This document shows positions 51,285 to 63,150 of a stretch of 64,000 nt of DNA, one piece after another; position 1 is the stretch's first letter, and every line of letters begins with the position of its first letter. The stretch is from positions 1-64,000 of the forward strand of contig CDMY01000464.1 of assembly GCA_001179505.1 (NCBI GenBank), given 5' to 3'. The position numbers and the translations under genes were made by a program. Under the pieces are notes generated by a model. It was not told where the DNA came from. It did no database searches and was given only the letters and a program-made list of their open reading frames with translations. This DNA comes from Vitrella brassicaformis CCMP3155. Lineage: Eukaryota; Protista; Chromerida.

Positions 51285-53642
51285 CTATCGCATGTCCAAT
51301 GTATTATCCATCTCTGGTCCATCCCCATCGCCCGCCCCTTCGCCGCCCTGCCCCTCTTGCTGCTGAGACGCTTCCTGCTCAGGCTGCCCTGCCTCCTGCT
51401 GCTGCTGGTGGTGCTGTTCGTCCTTCTTGCCCCTTCCCTTGGCCGACCTGCTCCTGCTCCCCGCTGAGGAGGTCCGCCTCTTGCTGCTGGCTGCTTTCCT
51501 CTGCAGGATGCGCTTGGTGGAGATGGTCTGCTGCCGCTCCATGGCCACGCCACGGGGCACCTCCGACAGCAGCCGGTCGCGCATCCGCTGAGACTTGAGC
51601 TTCAGGTGGTTGCGGATCTGGGTGAGCGTCTTCTTGTCGAACCAGCCTGATGGGTGGCACATAGATACATCCACACACACATCCACGCCACGCACATACA
51701 TGGACCATCCATGAGCAGAGGGGCGGGGCGGGGGGGCCTTGCCTGTGTCGATTTTTGGCTGTTGGAGGAGCTGTGCCTCCTTGAGGACCTTCTGGAGGGG
51801 GGCGTCGTCGATGTCGCCGAGTATGTACATCTGGTTCATCATCTTGGGCGGCACCTGGAACCGCATCAGCTGCTCGAACGTCGGCTCCTTCTCCTCAGCA
51901 CCCTCCTGCTGCCCCTCCTGGCCCTCCTGACCACCAGCCACCGCGGCTGCTGCAGCAGCAGCTGCTGATGGTTTGCCCTTGGTCTTCTCTTGTTGTGGGT
52001 TGTAGGCCGTGCTCCTGAAGTAGGGGTCGCGGAAATCGATCACCTGGACACAGGGAGGTGCATTCAGATGTCCGTGTGGTGTGGTGAATTTATGGGTGCA
52101 GTGACTGCACCTGGAAGAATCGCCCCTCTGGGTCTTGTCTTGGGTCATAGCCCCACCGACACAGCGCAAGCCGCCACGGACCATCTGCACACACACCCAC
52201 AGCACACACCACATCACACCAAGCAAAATTGCACGCGCCCGCACGTGCATGCATTTCGCCCATCCATCGGTTTGTCGCGTTGTCAGGCGCACCTTGCCAC
52301 GAGTAAGAGTGGTACGCGATGACGCGTCGCAGGGACCAGTCGCTGACACCTGTGAGGGGCTCCTTCTCCCTCAGCCGCGCCCTCGCGAAGTAATCCACCT
52401 GGGGACGCAGCCAGATGGGCTTCTCCTCAAACAGCCGCGCCACAATCTCACTCACCGCCGCACCTGAACGAACACCACAACCGATTATTGATGCTCGCCA
52501 GCTTCGTGTACTGTGTTGCGCTGTCATTCACCTGGTTTGAAGTCGATGTCAGATGGCCGTGCAGGTATGCCTTGGTCACTGAACTTGGCCAGGAACACCA
52601 GCTGCACCTGAGCCTTCTTGTCCTTGGCCGCCGACGGTGCCGGCACCACCGCCGTGCTCGTGTCTGCAACCTCCCTGCCCTCTCCTCCGGCCGGCGTCGC
52701 AGCAGCAGCTGTTGCTGCTGCTGCTGGTGGTGACGCCTCTCCCTCCTCCTGCTCGATGGCCGGCGTGGCCTCAGCCCACTTGCGGGCGAAAGTCCGCCTG
52801 GCGCCCCTCCCCGACGGCTTTTTCTTGGCCTCCGGATTCATCTCCTCTGGCTCCTCCTTGACCATTTCCATCGCCCCCTCACCTTCGTCACCAGCAGCAG
52901 CAGCAGCCGCAGCCGCGGCAGGAGCAGCCTCGCCCTCGGCCTTCGCAGCAGCCGCTTTGGCCTTTGCCTTTGCCTTTGCGGCAGCGGGTGGTGGCTCCTC
53001 GGGCAGCTGGAAGTCGAAAGAGTCATAGAGCTTGGAGAAGTAGGGAGGTCGGAAGAAGGCCATCTCGTCTTCAGGGATCCGGATGTCGTCCAGATCGAGG
53101 ACCGGCCTGCTCCGGGCGGTCTCAGGGGGCGTGAAGTAGAAGTCAGCCAAAGCACGGAAGCGATACGCGCGGGTCACGTAGCCCACTGGCTGGAAATTGA
53201 CGATCTCCTGCCGGCCATCAGCGTACTTGCGCCTCCTCACGCGCACCAGAAGGTCACTCGTGTCGCAGTGCCGAGATGGAACGGGCGTCGCGAAGCGGTC
53301 ATTCTCGCCCAGCCGGATGCTGAGAGGTCTGTCTGGGTCGTCGTCCCTCACGGCGGCAGAGATTTCGTCCTCGCCTCCCATGGCCTTGATGACTGCCTGC
53401 GGGTCCTGGACAGTGCCGGGCACCTCGATGCGGATAAATTCCGGCAGGGGAGGGCCGGGAGGGGGCCGAGTAGGGGCGACAGGGGAGGGAGATGCAGCCG
53501 CTGCAGCTGCTGCAGCCGCCGCTGGTGCTGCTGGTCCTGGCTCGGGTGCTTGCGGCATGTGAGTGTCGCCATTGATGGCTTGTCCGGTGTGGTGTGCCGA
53601 AGGGGCTGCAGGTGCCACATCTTCCATGAGTGAATCATCCAT
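51285..53642 (-). CDS. GTF3C5: RNA polymerase III transcription factor IIIC subunit tau95 (Tfc1/GTF3C5)
   Basis: IEVPGTVQDPQAVIKAMGG...VGYVTRAYRFRALADF; LFEEKPIWLR...GPWRLALCRWGYDPRQDPEGRFFQVIDFR. Confidence 0.85.
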
Positions 53643-54293
53643 GCCTCTTCAAAGGCTGCGTTCCTTCTTGCGACGCGTTCCTTCTTGATGGGCGGTTTCC
53701 TTCTTGAAGCTGCGAGCCCAGCTGGAGGATGCGATGCCAGATGCAGGGTGGTAGGAAGAGTTGCATTGCTGGCACTGCGCACAAACCAAAGCGCCCCGCC
53801 AGCAATTGGAAACGAACAAATCGATTTCATCCCCAGCCTGGGTCGAGATGCGCCTCACCCCAATAGATTGGTCCGACATTCATCCCAATGCATTGCATGA
53901 AGGAAGGGTCTGTCCACATAACATACACACAGGCGGTTAGCCAGCCAGCCAGCCAGCCGTAGATAGAAAGCACATCGATTTGCAGCCAACCCTCCCTCCC
54001 TCACACGCCAGCCATACATACCACACATACACCGGTCCACCCATTCGATTCGTGAAAAAACCGTATCATCCATCCATCCATGCGGTCCCCTCAGCCACCA
54101 TAAGTCCAACAATCCATAGCACCCATCTAATGTACACGCACTCAGCAACAGCCAGCCAACCGCGCCAACACCAACGCAACGCACCCACACACGAATGCAG
54201 TGAGGGGAGGGAGGGAGGGAGGGAGGGAAGGGAAAGAGTACGTCGGGTTTCGATCCTCGTTACGAGCAGGCAGACAGGCTGGAAGGTTCACCG

Positions 54294-55105
54294 CTAAAAC
54301 TTGCCGTCGCCGCGCAGGCGCCGCGCTGATGGAAGGAAAGATGCAGACAGGACCAGACAGGACCAGACAGACACACCGACAGACAAGAGCAGGAGATGTC
54401 ACGTCATGGCTTGCATACGCTGCTTCAGTGGCTCGCCCACCTAGTCGTATGTCGTTGAGCATGAGAGTGACCCGCTTCGCATGAAAAGAACACAGCTGCC
54501 TGCAAACACACACACAGCACAGCACAGCACACCACAGACACAGACACAGACAGGCCACACACGGCTGCTCGTGTTGTAAGTGTGTTGTGCGCGTTTCTTC
54601 CTATGTAAGTAATGCGGGCGTACGCATCGGCAAATATGCCGGTGAGGTGTGCCTCGGCGGCCGTCTGGACGCACTGGAGGGCCTCCACTGACCAGCGGAA
54701 GTGCTCGCCGAACAGCTTGTAGGTGGTCTCCTTGACCAGACGGGCGAACGGCAGCTTGGGAATCAGCAAATCCGTCGACTTCTGGTATTTGCGAATCTCA
54801 CGCAGCGCACGGAAACCTGAGGGACGGTGACATGACAAGAACCGCAGCGCACACGACGCACAGCAGTCGTCAATCCCATTCCTCCCAATCCCCCTCCCAC
54901 CTCTCTGACACGAATACAGTCGTGCATGCGCACTGACGTCCGTACCTGGTCGGTGTCTGATCTTCTTGCGTCCCTCCGGGCTGTCCCGCCGTCTCGCCGA
55001 CGTGCCCCTCTGCTGCTGCTCGCCCTCATCCCGCCCCCCGCCACGCCTGCTACCTCCCGTCGACGCTCGCGCACTTCCAGAACGACTCTTGCGGGTCCGC
55101 GCCAT
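54294..55105 (-). CDS. CENH3: Centromeric histone H3 variant (CENP-A/CenH3), 4 exons
   Basis: Non-canonical N-tail. [53 protein letters not shown]. CenH3 hallmarks: Q68 to A, F84 to W, no T107, longer loop 1. Confidence 0.88.
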
Positions 55106-55537
55106 CACATATCAATCATACACGCCCGGCAAAGACGCCACCAATAACACCTCGGTATATCAACCGGTCTCAGGTAATGTCTGCAACTGGGAAGCGGCCT
55201 CCGCAGCGATGCAAACTGACGCAGGGGCCGTGGATGAGCAACCGAGGGCTGCAGCAAGGCCGAATGGTGCTCTTGATGAGCCGGGAAGGCCGGCTTCAAC
55301 TTGGGCGGATCGTCTGAGCACCGCCGGAACCTGCGAGACCTTAGAAGCCTTCACCGACCAATGAGCTGAGGGTATCAGCGACGGCGGCACAGAAATCCAA
55401 CTACCTGGCACCCCCTCCCGAAGCATTTGAGCTCGCAAAAAAAGGAGGCGAGGAGCCCCCCTTCCGAAGGGCATCGGCGAGCTCGGCGCGTCCCTTGTGG
55501 TCGGCATCTAGCCGACTCGACACCCTGCACAGCCAGG

Positions 55538-56813
55538 ATGGCCCTCCGCCCGCTGCTCTCATCGGGCCTTCGGCGCCCTCTGTCGCAAGGATCCGCCTCG
55601 TCGATGGTCAGCTTGATGCCGTCCAGCACTGGCTTGTCCCTCCCCGTCCCCCCGCAGCACCGCCGCTCGTACCACAACTGGAGTCGTACGTGGGGTCACG
55701 ACTGGGAGCTGCCCAAGGACACCATGCCCAAGGACATCAAGAAGCTCATGCGCAAGGACCCCACACAGATGAACTTTTTCGAGAACTACTGGTACTGGCA
55801 GCTGCGGGGCCAGGCCTCCCTGGTCAACCCCGAACGGCTCCCGACCCTCAGCTACCGGCAGCTGGCGCGCGACATGGGTTTCGCCAAGATCCACGAGCCC
55901 GCCGAGCACATGGTGGGCCTCATCGAGCTGTACGAGTACCTCTGCCAGTCGCCATTCATCGGACCCTTCGGCACCGTCGAAAACCCCTGCCTCGTCCCGT
56001 CCGTCCACAACATGCGGTGAGGCAGTGAGTGAGGCAATCATGCACACCCGGCCGGGACACACTGCTTACGGGTGGGTGGGTGGGTGCGTGTGTGTGTGTG
56101 TGTCAGTGGTGTGGGTTGCACTGGCGGCACGGGCGACAACGAGCACCACGCTCTGTGGTTCTTCTGCCGTGAGGGGTTCCTCTACCGCTGCGGCGAGTGC
56201 GACCAGATCTTCATGCTCGTCAGGGTCCAGTACGACCTGCCGGACGGGTCAGAGCCATTCCCCGTCGATGAAGACGTAAGAGCACACACACACACACACA
56301 GTCGGCCACATGCACGGACAGGAATGGACAGCGTCCACCGGTGTTGTGGGTTTTGTGTTGTGTGTCATGCAGATTGACGACATTTTTGACTACAGTCTGA
56401 TCGAGAAGGGCCAGAAGATGTGGAACGCCGGCGACTACGTCCACTGGGGCGAAGGCGATGTCGCCTACAGGGACGTTTACCTATACGGTACGTCGGTACA
56501 CACCTGACACTCACACTCACACTCACACTCACACACCCATCATCCCTCTCACTCACACCGATTCACACACCAATGGGGGTGGCTGCCTCTGTCTTTTCCT
56601 TCTTGTCGTGGACGTCTTGTAGGTGGGGGTCCTCCTGACGAGACCGAGTTGCTCGAGGAGAACATCACGCCCGAGCATCTGGCGGAGCTCAAGAAGGAGC
56701 AGCTCCGCGGCTACTGGAGCGAGCACCTCAAGGCGGGCGAGACATCCATCCCCGCACCGGACCCCAAGTACGACAAGCAGCAAATCGAGAGCAGCGAGGG
56801 AGGCAGCAAGTGA
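55538..56813 (+). CDS. COX5B: Cytochrome c oxidase subunit 5B, apicomplexan/myzozoan long type, with a mitochondrial presequence
   Basis: [26 protein letters not shown]...[18 protein letters not shown] Zn-binding motif; Arg/Ser/Leu-rich N-terminus. Confidence 0.9.
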
Positions 56814-57182
56814 TAATGGGGGCGGGAGCAGTCGTGTTGTCATGCGAGGCTGTGAGCTGTGTTGCGGTGTGTGCCGGAGGGAGGGAGGGAGGCGAGAGCT
56901 GCGTGTTTCGTGTGCTGGTAGTGGTCTGTCTGTCTGTTGTGGGCCAGGAGTGTAGCCTCTTAGCTACGCTACGGTGTCATCTGTGGGAATGGATGGTATC
57001 ACCAATCACACGCGAAAGCTCATGGCACGACAGACAGACAGACAGACAGACAGACAGGGAGGGAGGGAGGGAGGGGGGAAGAGGCAGCGCTCATTGACTC
57101 CAAAGCGACGAATTGTCCTGTCGTAGAGAGTGCACGTACGTATGTGTGAAGTGACCGATTCGGTTCGTTCAGTCTCTCTCGT

Positions 57183-57288
57183 ATGGGGGCTGGGCTCTCC
57201 GTCGGAGCCGTTCTCGAGTGGCACCTGCTCACGGCTCAGTCAGCTGCAGGTGCCACTCGACGGTGCGGATGGATGGCCGCCCCCATGT
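57183..57288. other. Nested inverted repeats forming a stable predicted RNA structure (candidate ncRNA or UTR element)
   Basis: Perfect 15-bp stem 57214-57228/57246-57260, enclosed by atgggggc...gcccccat, plus a small ggctc..gagcc hairpin. Confidence 0.4.
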
Positions 57289-57960
57289 GCAGAATGCAGA
57301 CGTCATCGAACGAACGAACCCAGGCTGTGTGTGTGGTTGGCGCACTGTTTCAACGGGTGTTCGTCCTGTCTGTCTGCCTGGCTGGCTGTTGTGTCGTTTG
57401 TCTACGTGTGGCGGCCGCTGTATACATAATGCGTACCGGTGCTGACATCGAAGCGTGCAGTGATGTGACTGCACCCACACAGACAGACCACCCGAACACG
57501 ACAAGTGGCGCTGTTTTTTCGCGTGTGATGGGCCGGCCGGGGTGAATGGACACAGCACACACTCTTCTGTGCGGACCCAGCAACTTACGTTAACTGATCG
57601 GTGGTAAATGAAGATTGTCAACACTGCACAATACTTACACAGATGAGTCAGCGACAGCATCCTTGGCCGTACTGGTTCCTTCTGCGGCCCTCTGTCTCTG
57701 TACGACGACGCACAGCAATCTGCCAATCAGTGCGGATCGTGCTCTGGTCGACACACATCCGATGCGCCGTGGTACGCGAGACGAAGGGCCAGAGAGATCA
57801 CACGACAGCTGACTGGAACCAGGGGGAAAGCACCCACGAGCCAGCAACACAAGCTCGCTGACACCAACAGAAGCCACGAAAAAGACTCGCACCAGCAGGG
57901 TCTCCATCCCTCTCTCTCTGTGCACACCACACACAACACACCTCTAAGCCCGACCATTGA

Positions 57961-59026
57961 TCACAGCCTGCTGTGTATCTCGACAATGCCGGGCTCCTCC
58001 CTCTGACTCGACGGCTCCACACCCGTCCCCCCCGGCCCCTTCCACGGCAGCCTCAGCAAGAAGGCCATCTGGTTGATGCGGTCCGCGCCAAAGAACATCT
58101 CCTCGTCGGCCTCGCCCACCGCACCCTCTCTCGCCATCCAGTCGCGCACGTCAGGAGGGAAGTGGGCGCGCTTGACGAAAAAGGTGGGGCAGCCGAAGGC
58201 GCCGCGCCGCACCGCCTCGTCCGTGGCCTTCCTGAGGGCCTTTTTGACGTCCGGGTCGTCGATGGCGTTGCAGTGCGCCTCTGCCTCTGCGGGCGAGAAG
58301 TGCGCCTTGTGGATGAGGGCCCTCTGGAGGGTGTGGACCTCGCTGATGTCGTCGTTGTCGACCCAGTAGGTGCGGAAGAGGGCGTCGGTGGCGTCCTCGA
58401 GCTGGGTGGGGGTGCAGCTCATCGAGATGGACGTCAGCAGACGCATCACCTATACCATCCACACATCCATTCATTGTCGCAGCCAAGATGGATGGAATGC
58501 GGCCTGGTGTTTGATGAGGCAGGCTGGGCTGTGATTGGTCGTGGTCGTACCTTGAGAGTGTTGGCTGGGAAGTTGAGCGGCACCTTTGCGGGCACCCTCA
58601 TGTACTCGGCTGTGCGCTTGGTGTCCTGAAGAGCACACACATGGCCACACACACACACACACACTCATGGACCACCATCCAGTCCAGCGCCACGCCAGCG
58701 TACTTACTACCTTCATAACGTATACTCTCCTAGCGGGCAGCGCGGCCGGCATCTGGTTGCCCGTGGCCTTGAATATGCCCCCGATGAGGCATGGCCGCAG
58801 CTTCACTTGCACCTTGCCTCGCCAGAGCGCCGGAGAGCTCGTGTACCGGTGCAGCACGGAGCAGGCGAAGTACGAGTACATGCTGCCGATGTCTGGCAGT
58901 CACAACGGGAAGCGGGAACGAGAGCAGGGTGCCTCTCCGTGAGTAGAGTGTGTGTGCCGTCAGATGCATACCGTAGAAAACCTCCACAAGCACGGGAGCT
59001 GTAGATGAAGAGGTCAATGACGCCAT
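57961..59026 (-). CDS. GSTK1: Glutathione S-transferase kappa / 2-hydroxychromene-2-carboxylate isomerase (DsbA family), C-terminal PTS1
   Basis: VEVFYDIGSMYSYFA, LRPCLIGGIFKATGN, FPANTLKVMRLL, RGAFGCPTFFV and FFGADRI; the protein ends in SRL*. Confidence 0.88.
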
Positions 59027-59124
59027 CCTCCTAACTGGAAGATCTGAACAAACTGGGAGGGGGGGAAGATTGCCTTTTTTTTGCGCCGGCCGTCAGAAAT
59101 AAAAGTACGTCTGGCAGGAGGACA

Positions 59125-60326
59125 ATGCCTTTCTGCCTGTTGCTGCTTCTCCTTCTCGCCACGGCGCCCCCTGCGTTCGCCCTGTCGTCGCGGCAGATAT
59201 GCCTCCTGGTGGGCGGCCGGCTGGGCTCGAGATCAGACATTGTGTGCTGTCCCAAGAGCTGCCCCGTTGCCGATGAGGGTGAGTGCTGCCTGGAGCAGGA
59301 CGCCGGGGCCAAATTCTGCTCGCTGGCGGGCGAGGCGCCCTGTATTGCTGGTGCGTACGTGAGCGAGACGACGGACGAAGCACAGCACTCCGGTTCTCGA
59401 TGTTCTCGCTCTCTCTTTCCTACTGTGTGTGGAGCAGTCCATCCGGACCCAGAGAGTGAAGAGAAGATGGAGCAGGTGACAGCCAAGGAACAAAAGGAGC
59501 CCGCCGACAAGAAGCCTGCGAAGAAGCCCCTGCAGAAGAAGCAACAACTCAAGAAGAAACCCCCTCCTCCAAAAGGACCGCAGAAGAAGCAGGGGCCTTC
59601 CAAGCCTGACGGCCCTCCGAAGGAGAGAGACAGATATACTCCACCTGGAGAGGAGAAGAAGAGGCAGCCCCGCTCTGCCGAGAAGCGGCACGAGAAAGAG
59701 TTGAACAAACCAGCTGCGAAGCCGAGTGTCAAAGACAGGCAGTGCCTTGAGGCGGGTGGCATTCTTGACCAGGAGAGGGGTGTGGCGTGCTGCCCGGCGG
59801 TGTGCGGCCGGTGTGGTGGGGCGGGGTGTGGCAAGAGAGAGGGCGGACTGGACTGCTGTGTGGGCTATGTGGAGGAGGTCTACCAAAGCTGCAGCCACAA
59901 GAAGACCGCTCCCTGCACATGTATGTGAGCACCCCACCCAGATCACATTCATCACATGTGCAGTGCTGTGCATGGCATGGTCTCTCTCTTTCTGCCGTGC
60001 CGCTGTCAGTCATGTCAGTCGGTGAACACAAGACCTACGGCAAACACGTCAAGCCAGCACAGACAGCCCAGGTGTCGCTTGTCGATGACAAGGCCAAGGC
60101 CGCGGGAGAGGAGCAGTGCAAGAGGGTGGGAGGCGTCATGAGCCAACACGACGACGAGCAGAGGGCCCTCGCCTGCTGCCCGGCTTCATGTGGGGTGTGT
60201 GGCGGGGAGGGGTGCGGCGAGAGGGAGGGCGGGATGGACTGCTGTGCGGGGTATGTGAGTGATGTGTACGATTCCTGCACTGAGACAGGCAAGGCCCCGT
60301 GCAGTGCAAGACAGACGGGCGGCTGA
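59125..60326 (+). CDS. Small secreted protein with three Cys-rich CC-x3-C...CC...APC repeats and a Lys/Pro-rich linker
   Basis: Signal peptide MPFCLLLLLLLATAPPAFA. Repeats CCPKSC..CC..APC, CCPAVCGRCGGAGC..GGLDCC..APC and CCPASCGVCGGEGC..GGMDCC..APC. Three exons. Confidence 0.8.
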
Positions 60327-60811
60327 CAGGTAGATAGATAGAGCGGGAGGGAATGCATTGCAGGCCAGGCCCTGGATGTGTGTATGTATTTGTGTGTTTG
60401 TTCGCATTTGTTCGAATATATGTGCGTGGTGGTTAGTCGAGTCGGCTCAGTGAGTGTCTGTATGTATACCTGCTTATTTGTGCAGACAGACATTTGTAGA
60501 AGAGAAGACAGCCAGCCGATCGAGCGGGACGAAAAGTGCCCGCTGACGAGGTTAGTGGCAGGCAGGTTGACGGTGCGTACGTGCGTGTCCGTGAATTCAA
60601 TTAAGCAAACATGCACACACTCACGTACTGTACACGTGTCCACGCCTCGCCTCAACACATGAAGATCCGTCAGTCAGGCCGCATGACTTGAGTCTAAGAT
60701 GTGTCGGTCGGCAGCCATCCACCACCTGAAAGTACACCGGCACGCGCAAATCGACACATGCGCAGCGGCCCCGCTGCACGTGGTCGACACGACCCACCGA
60801 TATGCGATTTG

Positions 60812-62539
60812 TTACTTAGTCCTCTGTCGCCTCTCCCTGACTCTCAGGCTGTTGCTGGTGCTGCTGGTGGTGGTGGTGTCCGTCCTCCAAACCTGGTCGA
60901 CAAGAGGGGAGAGTCGACGGCCAGTGGTTGAGGTGGCCTGCATACCTGTATCGTCATCGTCATTGCTGCTGTTGTCCTCATCCTCGCCGGCATTGCCAGC
61001 ACCTTGGTGACACCCATATACACAGACCCACAACAGACATACCGAGATGTGTCAGTCGGGCACCGTTCTCAATGCGTCTCCTCTCTCGTCACCATCATTG
61101 TCCGAATCCTCTCCGTCGAAGACGATGTCTGCGATGGGACTCAGGAACCTACGGGCCATCGCGGCCGTCCGCCGGAAGCGGGCGACAAACGGGGCATCAG
61201 ACACACCCACTGCTGGCGGCTCACTCGTGTACACGTCAAGAAACACTGGCACGTGCACGAGCACACAGAAAAGGAAAAGCACATGCGTCTGCATTCTGAT
61301 CATCTTCGGTGTTGGCAAGTACCTGAGTCATCATTATCGTCAGACACCACCACATCGATCCAGGCGACGAAAGGATCGGTGAAGGATGTGAGCAGGAACT
61401 TCCGCCCGCTTAAGTCACCTTCTTCACCCCCCTGACTCCAACCGATGACCGTGGTGCACCCCTCCACCGGCAGGCGGGGCGACTGCGTCATGATGCCCAC
61501 CAACCAACCACCGCGGGAACGCCTGAGAAGGAAGGAATCAGGGTGACACATGCATGACTTATGTGTCTCTATCTAGTCACTGACTCACAGGAACTCGCCG
61601 ACATAGGTCGCTTTAGCCATCGTCTCTCTTGGGCATAAGATACCTCCCATGAGGAGGTCTGAGAAGGACGACTCGGTCACGAGCGATTCGTCCTCGACGA
61701 CCCACGTGATACTGTCATCGTAGAAGATGTGGTGCCGCACAGGAGGGTCCTGCGGGTCGCTGTGTGGGTGGAGGGGGTGGGTGGGGGGAAGGGGGGTGGA
61801 GTCGAGGCGGTACTCGGGCGCGTCATGGAAGACTCGCAGGTCGCCATTGCTGTGGTCGAACAGCTCGAACCTCCCCCCCTGACTACCGAGGTCGACGTTT
61901 TGGCCGACCATCTTCCACTGGGCGACAACACGAGGCTCACGCAAATAGGCCTGCCACAACACACAACACGAGCAGAACAGACGAGTGCATCCACCCCTCT
62001 TCCCGATCCCTCACTTCTCGCCTGTCGTGCGCACCTGTTTGCTACGATGTTTCTCCAGGTCTTGCTGCGTGACGATGACGGGCAGCTCACAGAAGCCCCG
62101 CTGATGAGCCAGTCGCAGTGCATCGGCCGCCTCGTCCCAGCTCTGATGCTCCACCAGCCAACACGACTGCACACACACACACACTCCATGCAATGCAGAC
62201 TCATCCATCCATCCATACATCCATCCATCCCACGTGTGCAAGGCAGCCATACCTGCAGCAGTAGCTGATCCTCTAGGTGCTCGTCATCGAACGTCAGCAC
62301 GGCGTCCAGCGGCGTCCCGTCAGCCAGGTGCTTTTCGTGCAGGCAGCGGCCGAGGCGACTGCGGAGCGCGTCGGCGTCGAAATCGACGCCGGAGAGGAAG
62401 CGGGCGCTGCATCGGAGGCAGCCAGGTCCTTGAGTGTGTGCAACCCATCCCGCTCGTCCCGATGGATGAAGTCAGGGCACTGGCCACGAATTGCTGGCCA
62501 GTCCTCGTCGTTGCTCCTCCTGCTCACGTTAGCGCCCAT
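60812..62539 (-). CDS. Hypothetical multi-exon protein with a possible N-myristoylation site (MGANVS); 3' end uncertain
   Basis: Exons chain in phase using intron 62429-62487: RFLSGVDFDADALRSRLG..; VAQWKMVGQNVD..; GGWLVGIMTQSP..; acidic C-terminus. Confidence 0.5.
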
Positions 62540-63150
62540 CGTGCCTTGAGATGTTGGATCCGACGAGCATAAAGCCAAGGGTTTGCAACCCTAACCCGGC
62601 ATACCCAAACCCTTCTTCCTGCCCGTCCTCGAGTCGAGGCGCGGCAGGGATCCGCCGACGACGCGCCCCCGAACGGAGTCGTCTTTCGAGCGGAGTCGAG
62701 GGGTTCCCATCCTGCAACTGACCCGTATCTAGCGGATGGAGCTTCCGGCGCCGAGGGGGGACGACTCTGCGGCGTGGGGGAGGCCCGGGGTGGCGCATCT
62801 CAGGAGCGACTCGGCCAGATCTACGACTTAGTCCAGCAAACGACTCGTATTCAGCGGACGGCCGTGGGTTTCGGTCTGGAGGCCTCGTGAGTGTGTTCCT
62901 TGGGTTCCTCTGTGCATGTGGAGCGTGCGTGGGTGATTTCTGTTGCGTGTCGTCGTTTGACTGTGCGTGAAAGACATGGGACTTGGCCATCAGGCCGCTT
63001 AGGACATTCTGTGAAACCGCTCCCCCCCAAACCCTGACGAAAACCCGAACAGCGAACCACGCCGATGAAAAAACCGCTGAATCGGTGCCACCGTGACAAC
63101 AGTACAAGCGGCCTCTCATCGATCTCATCTGTCCATCCATCCCATTGGCC

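Noticed and set aside
62440-62480. In-frame TGA upstream of the RFLSGVDF frame as a possible selenocysteine codon, given SelD in the window
   Set aside because: That frame has another stop and no ATG just upstream; a 59-nt intron explains the frame, and no SECIS was seen.
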